This document shows positions 1-8,003 of a stretch of DNA of 64,000 nt, piece after piece. Source of the stretch: Candidatus Woesearchaeota archaeon B3_Woes (GTDB lineage Archaea; Nanobdellota; Nanobdellia; Woesearchaeales; B3-WOES). Position 1 is the stretch's first letter. Each line of letters begins with the position of its first letter. The stretch is taken from assembly GCA_005222965.1 (NCBI GenBank), contig NJBG01000001.1:896167-960166 (forward strand), written 5' to 3'. The position numbers and the translations under genes were made by a program. The notes beneath the pieces are model-generated. The model ran no database searches and was not told the DNA's origin. It worked only from the letters and a program-made list of their open reading frames with translations.

Positions 1-149
1 TTATCATGTTTAACAAAACCAAAAATATCTGGCCAAGAAACACCTATAAACTTAGGATATTTAACAAAAGCATCTGTGAAAGGATCAACATAAATTGGTC
101 TTCCATCAATAGGCCCCCATTTTAATAGTTCTTGTTTTGGATCTATCAT
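1..149 (-). CDS. partial CDS running off the window edge (MIDPKQELLKWGPIDGRP...), possibly a second PEP-utilizer mobile-domain protein
   Basis: ATG at 149-147 overlaps the TGA of the upstream gene (ATGA); frame is open to position 1. Confidence 0.6.
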   Translation of the reverse strand, partial: MIDPKQELLKWGPIDGRPIYVDPFTDAFVKYPKFIGVSWPDIFGFVKHD

Positions 150-1219
150 TTTATCTTCCTAACAATTCCCTTTTCAGCATCTACTTCTACTCTATCTCCA
201 TTCTTTAAGGAACTTGTAACACCTAAAGCTCCTACAATACAAGGAATTCCCAATTCTCTTGAAACAATTGCAGCATGAGATAATAAACCGCCCTCATTTG
301 TTACAATTGCCCCTGCTTTTTGGCAAGCAACCATTAACTCTGGTGATGTTGTTTCAGTAACTAATATATCTCCTTTATTCATTTCCTGAGTAAGTTTTCT
401 GACTTTGTAAAATTCATAACCATGATTAAATAACTTAACTCTGCCTATAACTTTTCCTTTATTCGCTATTGTTCCTTTCAAAACCTTTTTGGATTTTATT
501 TTTGGAACCATTAAATCAATAATATTCTTATAAATATCATTCTGTAATAATATAACTTTCCCTTTTCCACCCTTTAAAATATAAAAATCCCTTCTTTTAT
601 TAAGAGTTTGTTTATCAACAAATTTGCCATCAAACAAACCAATAACCTCATCAGGATCATACTCCACTAAGTCCTCAAAATCAACTGAAAACTGTTTACT
701 TAATATCCTAAGAACTTTATAAATATAAGAATTTGCATCAAAATATACTCTAATAATCTGCTCTTTTCCTGGGTTTTTTAATTTATTAAAATCATCTAAA
801 TTACGCTTTAAAACAGAATTTTTTTTAGCCACTCTAAAGGCCATATCAAGATAAAAAAATTCACATTTAACATAAAGAGAAAGAGTTTTACCAGCATGCT
901 TGAAAAAAGTTTTAACATCATTCTTTTTAATTACCTTCTTTTTAGTAATTTTTTCAAAAAATGGAATTGATTCATCAAAATGTTTTTTATATTCATTTAG
1001 AAATAAAAGAAATTTTTTCTTATTAGAATAAAACTCAACACCATCATTAAGAGTTTTTTCAAGCATATCTTTTTTAAGAAATGCTGTCCACATATTGTCT
1101 TTCCACGTTATTAAGAAATCAATGGTTCTATAATGATACGCAAACATATAAGAAGTAATATAAGGCATTCCTGGACCGCCAAATACTCTTGTATATTGTT
1201 TTGGGTTTACTAATCCCAT
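146..1219 (-). CDS. PEP-utilizing enzyme mobile (phospho-His swivel) domain protein with a helical N-terminal region
   Basis: C-terminal GDILVTETTSPE...GGLLSHAAIVSRELGIPCIVG...GDRVEVDA motif; start moved to ATG 1219 after a GGGGG RBS-like run. Confidence 0.85.
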   Translation of the reverse strand: MGLVNPKQYTRVFGGPGMPYITSYMFAYHYRTIDFLITWKDNMWTAFLKKDMLEKTLNDGVEFYSNKKKFLLFLNEYKKHFDESIPFFEKITKKKVIKKNDVKTFFKHAGKTLSLYVKCEFFYLDMAFRVAKKNSVLKRNLDDFNKLKNPGKEQIIRVYFDANSYIYKVLRILSKQFSVDFEDLVEYDPDEVIGLFDGKFVDKQTLNKRRDFYILKGGKGKVILLQNDIYKNIIDLMVPKIKSKKVLKGTIANKGKVIGRVKLFNHGYEFYKVRKLTQEMNKGDILVTETTSPELMVACQKAGAIVTNEGGLLSHAAIVSRELGIPCIVGALGVTSSLKNGDRVEVDAEKGIVRKIK

Positions 1220-1263
1220 ATTATTATCTTTAAGCCCCCAATAAATATAAACTAAAAGCAAAA

Positions 1264-2715
1264 TCAAGAACCAATAATAACCTTATTTGAATAGCTTCTC
1301 TTCACTTCTCCTTTCTCATCCTTAAACTTAGCTATTGTAGAAGGCAAAGGCAATTTACCCAAAATACTTAATCTTGATTTTACACCATACTTAATAACAG
1401 TTTCTTCTTCTCTATCAAGGTTATTAATAACCCATTTAGCAATAATTCCTCTTTTAGTATGAACAACTTTCTCAGGCTGTAATGTACCAACCCCTTCTTC
1501 TTTATCAAAATCAGCTATATCAGGTATTCTATCAATTATAGAAACATTATCAATAGGTTTTTTAGATCTGTTTTTGATATGCAGAATAACCTTGAAATTA
1601 GTTATTCCACCTTCTGTTTTAACTATATTTTGAACAGATTTTGTTATAATTACAGGACTTCTAAACTTAAAATAGTAAAAAAAGAACACACCAAGAACAA
1701 CCAAAACAATAAACAAAGGAATATAATTAGTTTTAACAACAACATTATAGGTTTCCTGTGAATCTAATTTAACTTTCCACCCAAGATACCTCTTTCCATC
1801 TTCAACAAAAGACTCTGCTTTTGGATTTGTTCTTGTAAATAAAGCCTTGTAAAAAGGACTTTCAAGTTTAGCAAAACCATCAAACTTAGTATTTCCATCA
1901 TTCACAAACATTACTCTGTCATATTTACCTAAAACCCTAAAACTAGGATTATGATTATCCACAACACCACCATACTTTAATACCTCATACCCATATGGCG
2001 CACTCTTAAGCTCATAAATCTTTTTACCATCTTTTGCAATAACATGTATTCTTAGATTATCCTTAATAGGTGGCGTCCTTTTATCTAATAAAACATTAAA
2101 TTTCAGTGTTTTTTTATCACTTCCAGAATCTAAAGGACCTAAAGAACTAATAGTAGATTCCCTTATTGCATCGCTCTTAAGCTCAACAGTTATTTCCTCT
2201 AAATTTTTTGCATTTCTATTCTCGAGCCAAACAGTTACTTCAAATGGTTCTCTTGGATCAATCTTCTCAGGAACCTTTCCGCTAATACTAACAGCAGGAA
2301 TATTACCCAAAGAAACAACATTTACAATAATATCATTCTTAAACAACTCTCCACTATCTTCATGCTTTATATTTATTCTTAGAGCATACCTTCCAATTCC
2401 AACACCTATTGGTTTTGCAACAAGCAAAACCTCTCTTATTGATTCAGGATATACTTTTACATTATAATCTGAAACAGGTCTTGTCTTAATAAACCACTCC
2501 ACATATGGTGCTGCTGGTTTTATAGTAAAGACCTCAATAGAGTTTCTAGGATTAGTAATTTTTATCTTGAATTCAGCATTTTCTGAAAAATCAATTTTAT
2601 CTTTTATAACACTTAACTCAACTTCAAAAGGGGGTTCTACAACTGTCTCATTCTGAGAATAAACAACACTAGAAAAAATTACTAAAAATGTAAAAATAAG
2701 CATTATTCTACTCAT
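1264..2715 (-). CDS. secreted/membrane-anchored protein with Ig-like beta domains (DUF11/CARDB-like)
   Basis: Signal peptide, beta-rich domains, TM at YIPLFIVLVVLGVFFFYYF, C-terminal V-x-I-x-N...IIDRIP; GAGGTG RBS before ATG 2715. Confidence 0.65.
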   Translation of the reverse strand: MSRIMLIFTFLVIFSSVVYSQNETVVEPPFEVELSVIKDKIDFSENAEFKIKITNPRNSIEVFTIKPAAPYVEWFIKTRPVSDYNVKVYPESIREVLLVAKPIGVGIGRYALRINIKHEDSGELFKNDIIVNVVSLGNIPAVSISGKVPEKIDPREPFEVTVWLENRNAKNLEEITVELKSDAIRESTISSLGPLDSGSDKKTLKFNVLLDKRTPPIKDNLRIHVIAKDGKKIYELKSAPYGYEVLKYGGVVDNHNPSFRVLGKYDRVMFVNDGNTKFDGFAKLESPFYKALFTRTNPKAESFVEDGKRYLGWKVKLDSQETYNVVVKTNYIPLFIVLVVLGVFFFYYFKFRSPVIITKSVQNIVKTEGGITNFKVILHIKNRSKKPIDNVSIIDRIPDIADFDKEEGVGTLQPEKVVHTKRGIIAKWVINNLDREEETVIKYGVKSRLSILGKLPLPSTIAKFKDEKGEVKRSYSNKVIIGS

Positions 2716-2779
2716 ATATATCCCCACCTCTATACTTTAACCTATATTAAATAACATCTATATATAAATTTTGCTATAA

Positions 2780-3232
2780 CTAACTAACCCTAATAACTCC
2801 ATGCATGTATGTAAAAACACCATCATTAAAATAATAAGTGCCTTTTTCATCAAAAGTATAACTAAAATTCTCAAAAGGCTCTATCCGAGAACTATAAAAC
2901 CTTTTATTAGCAGATCTCTCATAAACCAAATAATTCCTATTAGGATCACTATTAACCCAAAAAACAGTTGTTCCAACAGGAATATCCAATTCACTAGGAG
3001 AATATTTAGTATCTTTAATATCAATAATCCTAAAATCCTGTTCTGGTTCTTCTATTAGAGCAGGCATTTCCTCAATAATCTCTTTTGCGTTTCTTCCACT
3101 ACCCCACATAGCTTCTACATCCACAACCTTTTCCCCATTAATATCTTTTAAACCAATATAAGAACCAAAACCAAAGAACAATAGAACAAACACTACCATA
3201 AGCACTACATCAACCTCTTTTTTTATTCGCAT
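2780..3232 (-). CDS. membrane-anchored cupredoxin/plastocyanin-like protein
   Basis: YSPSELDIPVGTTVFWVN...FSYTFDEKGTYYF...MHGVIRV; canonical Cys copper ligand absent. Confidence 0.7.
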   Translation of the reverse strand: MRIKKEVDVVLMVVFVLLFFGFGSYIGLKDINGEKVVDVEAMWGSGRNAKEIIEEMPALIEEPEQDFRIIDIKDTKYSPSELDIPVGTTVFWVNSDPNRNYLVYERSANKRFYSSRIEPFENFSYTFDEKGTYYFNDGVFTYMHGVIRVS

Positions 3233-3250
3233 TACACATATAACAACAAA

Positions 3251-3274
3251 ACAACTATATAAACTTTATCCAAA
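3251..3274 (+). repeat. 24-bp direct repeat, left copy (ACAACTATATAAACTTTATCCAAA)
   Basis: Identical to 4435-4458. Confidence 0.85.
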
Positions 3275-3335
3275 ACACAAACCCCAATTTGATTTATAGG
3301 AATGTTTATATAATATATATTCATTACTATCTATT

Positions 3336-3416
3336 ATGGTAGAAACTATCAAGAAAACATTTGATTCTGTACTTCTTTTTTGTAGTGAACAGCCTACACC
3401 AACACCGGCACAGTAA
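3336..3416 (+). CDS. candidate 26-aa leader peptide ending QPTPTPAQ
   Basis: ATG ~25 nt after a TTTATATA box; GGCAC/GTGCC hairpin covers the stop codon. Confidence 0.35.
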   Translation: MVETIKKTFDSVLLFCSEQPTPTPAQ

Positions 3417-3490
3417 GTGCCATCATTGTTCTGATATCTGAATTTATTCTTTAGAACTGAATATTCTTTAAATCAATGGAGGTAAACAAA

Positions 3491-3571
3491 ATGGAACTAG
3501 AAAAACGAATAGAAAATGAATATAAAGGGGGACAAACTCTCGGGAACACCGATGGTTGTATTCCTTGTTAA
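3491..3571 (+). CDS. candidate 26-aa small ORF (MELEKRIENEYKGGQTLGNTDGCIPC) overlapping the proC-like start
   Basis: Strong GGAGGT RBS at 3478-3483. Confidence 0.35.
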   Translation: MELEKRIENEYKGGQTLGNTDGCIPC

Positions 3572-4352
3572 GACTATAGGCATAATTGGAGCAGGTTGTC
3601 TTGGACAAGAAGTAATTGATGCACTTTATAACAAAGGACATAGGAACATTATCGCTACGCGTCGCAACCAGGATAAACTAAGATCATTAGGTGAAAAGTA
3701 CCAAGGAATCCAGACGAGTTCTGATAATAATTATGCTGCTAAGGAATCTGATGTGCTGATTCTAGCTGTAAAACCCCCATTGATTGATACTGTCTCCAAA
3801 GAGATAAGTTACTATACTAGTAACAAGCTTGTTATTTCATTAGCAGCTGCAAGAACCATTGAACAAATAGAATATGCGTTTAGTGATGAGTCTGCACGAG
3901 TTGCTCGTGTGATAACAGGACTGTTTGTAGCCGAAGAAGTTGCTGCTTACACACTAAGCAATAGATGCATAAATGAAGATGAAAGTGCAATTAGATACAT
4001 CTTTGGCCAAGATGCTAGATCTATAGAAGAAAATCTTCTTGCACATCGTACATTTATTGCTTGCGACACAGGTTTGATACCTAAATCTATTGGAGAGAAA
4101 ATGCAAGAACTAGAAAGATTAGGTATTAGTAAAGAAGAATCTAGATTGTTCTATGCTGCAACACTTCATGCAATAGCTAACCACCTAAGTGAAGGCATAA
4201 GTGGAGAAGAAATTTACGAGGCAGTAGGGGGAAAAGGTAGTTTTACTCAAAAACTAGGAAATGAACAAGAAGGAATTTACAGACTACAACAAAAACAAGT
4301 TACTGAAACAGTAAATGCTTGTTTAGGGAGGAAAGAAAATGGAAGAGATTAG
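3552..4352 (+). CDS. pyrroline-5-carboxylate reductase-like NAD(P)-binding oxidoreductase, divergent
   Basis: KTIGIIGAGCLG Rossmann motif, DVLILAVKP, LVISLAA; start uncertain (3516 or 3552). Confidence 0.7.
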   Translation: MVVFLVKTIGIIGAGCLGQEVIDALYNKGHRNIIATRRNQDKLRSLGEKYQGIQTSSDNNYAAKESDVLILAVKPPLIDTVSKEISYYTSNKLVISLAAARTIEQIEYAFSDESARVARVITGLFVAEEVAAYTLSNRCINEDESAIRYIFGQDARSIEENLLAHRTFIACDTGLIPKSIGEKMQELERLGISKEESRLFYAATLHAIANHLSEGISGEEIYEAVGGKGSFTQKLGNEQEGIYRLQQKQVTETVNACLGRKENGRD

Positions 4353-4400
4353 CTATTGAGAATTTCAGAAAAGTTGAATTAAGAAAAAGAATCAATGTAA
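4339..4400 (+). pseudogene. frameshifted 5' remnant of a CsaA/Trbp111-like tRNA-binding protein gene
   Basis: GGGAGG RBS; removing one T gives MEEISYENFRKVELR, resembling the I-S/T-Y-E-D-F-x-K-V-E-L-R N-terminus. Confidence 0.4.
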
Positions 4401-4434
4401 TGTTGCCACTCATTTAAATACACAAAAGAGGCAT

Positions 4435-4458
4435 ACAACTATATAAACTTTATCCAAA
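4435..4458 (+). repeat. 24-bp direct repeat, right copy
   Basis: Identical to 3251-3274. Confidence 0.85.
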
Positions 4459-4466
4459 CAATACCC

Positions 4467-5827
4467 TTTTTGTTAAACTCCTGTTAGTTGCCTTGAGCCG
4501 AAGGAGAAAGCGCAGTAGGGTTGAGGAAAACGAAGTTTTCGTGCCTAAAATTAAAAACTTGCGACCTAGCCGTTGATTTATTCAAACCCTTTCTTGAATA
4601 ATTAATTTTAGTTCATTAACAATGAGATTTATTAGTTCTTTTGATTTTATCTCATTTATCTTTTTTCTAGGGTTCCAGTCTATTCCAGGATTGGTATTCC
4701 CTTCAATAAAATATAAATTTCCATTATTACTTCGCATAAAATCCAAAGCGTACAGAGAATGTTTTAAATTCAATTTTGCTTCTAATTTTTTAATTATTTT
4801 TCTGGTCATAGTTAGAACGTCTTTATGTATTGTTTTTATGGACATGTAAACCAAATTTCCACCCTGGTGTTCATTGCATTTAAAATTCCCTTTTCTTGCA
4901 ATTCTTATATATGTCTGTATAATTTTATTGTTTAGTATTATAACTCTCAAATCAATAAGTCCATGATATTTTCCAATACTAAAACCCTTATTGCAATTAA
5001 TAAATGGTTGGAGTATGTAAGATAATATTTTTCCACTTTTTTTGTCTAATTCATAGTGTTTCATGATATCTTTAAAGCCAAATTTATCAAAATCTACTTT
5101 ATATATGTTAAAGCCACCTGCACCTGTTTTATCTTTTATTATATAACTATCATTAAAATCAGCTCTATATCTATACCTTTTTAATAATTTATCCAAATTG
5201 GTTTTAGCTAGAATTATTTTTCGTTTTGAAGAGTTAATTATTTCTACTGTAGGTATTGCAAATTCTTTAAAATGTTTATAGGTATTTAATTTATTCTGGA
5301 AAATATCTTTTATTTTTTCATTATTAAACGTATAAACAGATTTGGAAGATGTGAGCAATTTTAATTTATTTTTTTGTTTGATAGTAAAAGGAGTGAATTT
5401 ATCAAAAAGGACTCGGGAATATGCTTTACCATAATTTCTAACCCATTCTTTATCATATGTCCAAAAACTCTGAAAAAGACCAGATCCAATAATATCTTTG
5501 GATGTTGCAAAAGCGGCCTTAATGCCCATTTTTTTGCATCTTAATAAAAAATAAAGATAGCTATCATTGTAACCCCCTCGCCTGTCTTTGAATGAAAAAG
5601 GGAATTTTTCTCTATATTGCTTATCTCTTGCACTATTTGCAAAAGATTCTGAGTAAATTATAATTGCATCATACTGCTTTATTTTAATATCCATACCTAT
5701 CCTAACTTATATTATTTCATAACTGTAGATAAATCTTTCGATGTAATTGATATGTAATCACATAAGTCGGAGGGGTCTCCTTATAATATTTGCACGAAAA
5801 TTGAATATAACACCTATTAACGAAGTA
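4467..5827 (-). mobile_element. putative palindrome-bounded gene cassette, element 1 (cargo: ATP-grasp gene)
   Basis: A-site 5803-5827; inner arms 5792-5802 and 4533-4544; degenerate B-end 4467-4520; same layout as 9231-9958. Confidence 0.55.
4582..5694 (-). CDS. ATP-grasp domain protein (RimK/YheCD-like ligase)
   Basis: IIKDKTGAGGFNI, YILQPFI, DLRVII, ALDFM...YFIEGNTNPG. Confidence 0.8.
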   Translation of the reverse strand: MDIKIKQYDAIIIYSESFANSARDKQYREKFPFSFKDRRGGYNDSYLYFLLRCKKMGIKAAFATSKDIIGSGLFQSFWTYDKEWVRNYGKAYSRVLFDKFTPFTIKQKNKLKLLTSSKSVYTFNNEKIKDIFQNKLNTYKHFKEFAIPTVEIINSSKRKIILAKTNLDKLLKRYRYRADFNDSYIIKDKTGAGGFNIYKVDFDKFGFKDIMKHYELDKKSGKILSYILQPFINCNKGFSIGKYHGLIDLRVIILNNKIIQTYIRIARKGNFKCNEHQGGNLVYMSIKTIHKDVLTMTRKIIKKLEAKLNLKHSLYALDFMRSNNGNLYFIEGNTNPGIDWNPRKKINEIKSKELINLIVNELKLIIQERV

Positions 5828-5902
5828 AATTCTTTCCCCAGAGCTAATTATAATACTGTAAAACCGTAATATTTATATAGTCATTGTATATACAATAGCA
5901 AT

Positions 5903-6163
5903 ATGGTAACCGAAATGATAACTGTCAAGCTGGATGATAAATTTTTAGGAGATATAGATTCAGTTGTAAAAAAGGAAGGCTACCAAAATAGAACAGAGTT
6001 TATTAGAAATGCTCTAAGAGAGAAAGTTGAGGAAATCAGGCTTAAAAAAGCCATGATAGAACTAGCTCATATAAAAGGGGCAGCAAAGAAGAAAGTATCT
6101 GGTAATGATTACGAAAAAGTAAGAATGAAGGCTTTTGAAGAAATCTCCAAGAAACTTAAATGA
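5903..6163 (+). CDS. CopG/NikR-type ribbon-helix-helix protein, putative antitoxin
   Basis: ITVKLDDKFLGDIDSVVKKEGYQNRTEFIRNALRE. Confidence 0.8.
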   Translation: MVTEMITVKLDDKFLGDIDSVVKKEGYQNRTEFIRNALREKVEEIRLKKAMIELAHIKGAAKKKVSGNDYEKVRMKAFEEISKKLK

Positions 6164-6572
6164 TGTCTTCAGGTTTATTATGCTCTGAGATATCTTCCAG
6201 TTCTCTGAAATGTTTATCTCTAGTTATGAGAATAAAGTTATTATCTCTTGCCAGGATAGCATGAAGTACATCTCCTGGTGGAATATCTCGTTCATTAGAT
6301 ATCTTCTTTGCTTCATCACGTTGCTCAGCTGTTGCAACAACTTTCTCTATAATTTTCTCAAATGGTTTCATCATGCCATTAATCTCTGCAATTGAGTAAT
6401 TCATCTCTAATTCTCTTATTAGGAGATAAGATATGATTAAATTATGGTTCTTTGCTTTAATTAGAGAGAATAATTTAAGGGCAAAATCTCCAAGAGGTTC
6501 ATTATTATAGCCTTTTCTATCCTCATAGATATCCATCCAGATTGAAGTATCAATATAATATTTTTCTGCCAT
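6156..6572 (-). CDS. PIN-domain (VapC-like) ribonuclease
   Basis: YYIDTSIW, E in IRELE, GDVLHAILA, LITRDKHF. Confidence 0.85.
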   Translation of the reverse strand: MAEKYYIDTSIWMDIYEDRKGYNNEPLGDFALKLFSLIKAKNHNLIISYLLIRELEMNYSIAEINGMMKPFEKIIEKVVATAEQRDEAKKISNERDIPPGDVLHAILARDNNFILITRDKHFRELEDISEHNKPEDII

Positions 6573-6653
6573 TTTAATTATTAAAATATATTACTTTTAT
6601 ATAATTTGCTAATAAATTTAATGGTTAAAAATTAAAAGGGTTGCTTGAGTAAT

Positions 6654-6695
6654 ATTTCTTATAACATCTGACCCTGTTACCTATTAAACAAAGCA
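6654..6695 (-). repeat. collapsed/empty copy of the palindromic cassette end sites
   Basis: ATTTCTTATAACATCTGACCCTGTTA matches the reverse complement of 9933-9958; adjacent CCTATTAAACAAAG matches the A-site. Confidence 0.55.
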
Positions 6696-6757
6696 AATTC
6701 TTTTTATAGAAGATTTCTTATCCAAAAATTTAAATACAAAGCTATCAACCTAAACAT

Positions 6758-7528
6758 ATGCAGAAAAACACCCAAACAAACGAGCAAATACATGAAATAT
6801 TGTTTGAAAAAGACGATGTAACATGGCAGTCTATAATCTATGAACTAGTAAAATCAGAAAAGATTGACCCATGGGACATTGACATAAACAAATTAACACA
6901 AAAATACATAGAAGTAGTTAAACAATTAAAAGAATTTGATTTTAGTATATCTGGAAAAATTCTATTAGCATCAGCTATTTTACTAAGAATAAAATCAAAC
7001 AAACTAGTTGGAGAAGATCTAGACGAATTTGACAGAATAATTGCAGGCCAGCAAGATGAAGATTTCTTTGAAGATGATTTTAATGAAGCATTAACTAACA
7101 GAGAAGAAGGACCACAAACTTTAATCCCAAGACTACCTCAACCAAGAAAAAGAAAGGTTTCTATATATGACCTAATGGGAGCACTAGAAAAAGCATTAGA
7201 AGTAAAACAAAGAAGAGTAGTAAGAGATATACCTTCTTTTGATATTGAACTACCAAAGAAAAAATCAAATATAAGCCTGACAATGCAAAGCCTATACCTA
7301 AAAATAAGAAAATTCTTTGTTACAGGAAACAAAGAATTAACATTTTCAAAACTAATTCCTTCTGAAACAAAAGAAGATAAGGTTTTAACACTAATACCAT
7401 TATTACATCTATCAAACAAAAACCAGGTAAATCTTACACAAAAAGAGCATTTCGGCGAAATACTAATAAATCTTAAGACAAATCAGGACATAAACAAAGA
7501 ATTAGCAGAAGTAAACACTAACTCTTAA
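6758..7528 (+). CDS. scpA: segregation and condensation protein A (kleisin)
   Basis: IDPWDIDI...SGKILLASAILLRIKS; C-terminal LLHL...QKEHFGEI. Confidence 0.9.
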   Translation: MQKNTQTNEQIHEILFEKDDVTWQSIIYELVKSEKIDPWDIDINKLTQKYIEVVKQLKEFDFSISGKILLASAILLRIKSNKLVGEDLDEFDRIIAGQQDEDFFEDDFNEALTNREEGPQTLIPRLPQPRKRKVSIYDLMGALEKALEVKQRRVVRDIPSFDIELPKKKSNISLTMQSLYLKIRKFFVTGNKELTFSKLIPSETKEDKVLTLIPLLHLSNKNQVNLTQKEHFGEILINLKTNQDINKELAEVNTNS

Positions 7529-7573
7529 ATCCAAAGCTTTTTAAACAGTTTTCATATTCTCTGTTAAGTTAAA

Positions 7574-8002
7574 ATGACTGAAGAAAAGAACAAGGAAAAG
7601 GAAGCAAAAGCACAGGAGCTCTATATGCAGTTGAATACAATGAATCAACAAATGGTAGAGTTACAAAAGCAAATACAAACTATGGAAGAAACAATATTCG
7701 AAGTAAACGAATCTAAAAAAGGATTAGATGATGTTTCTAAATCAGAAAAAGGCAAAGAAATACTTGTTCCTATTATTTCTGGAATATTTGCAAAAGCAGA
7801 ACTAAAAGAACCAAAAGAATTCATAGTAAATGTTGGTTCAAATACAGCAGTTGTAAAATCAATCGAAGATGTTCAAAAGATTCTAGACAAACAACTAACA
7901 GAAATGCAAAAAACCCAAAATACTTTTGTTGATAGTTTAACTCAATTAACAGTTGAAGCAAAAAAAGCTGAAAAAGGACTTAAAGAGCTTATTGAAAAAT
8001 AA
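7574..8002 (+). CDS. pfdA: prefoldin alpha subunit
   Basis: Coiled coils flanking EILVPIISGIFAKAEL...VNVGSN. Confidence 0.9.
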   Translation: MTEEKNKEKEAKAQELYMQLNTMNQQMVELQKQIQTMEETIFEVNESKKGLDDVSKSEKGKEILVPIISGIFAKAELKEPKEFIVNVGSNTAVVKSIEDVQKILDKQLTEMQKTQNTFVDSLTQLTVEAKKAEKGLKELIEK

Positions 8003-8003
8003 A

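Noticed and set aside
2780..3232. Blue copper protein call for the cupredoxin-like ORFs (also 11893-12354)
   Set aside because: The type-1 copper Cys ligand is missing, so only the fold is claimed
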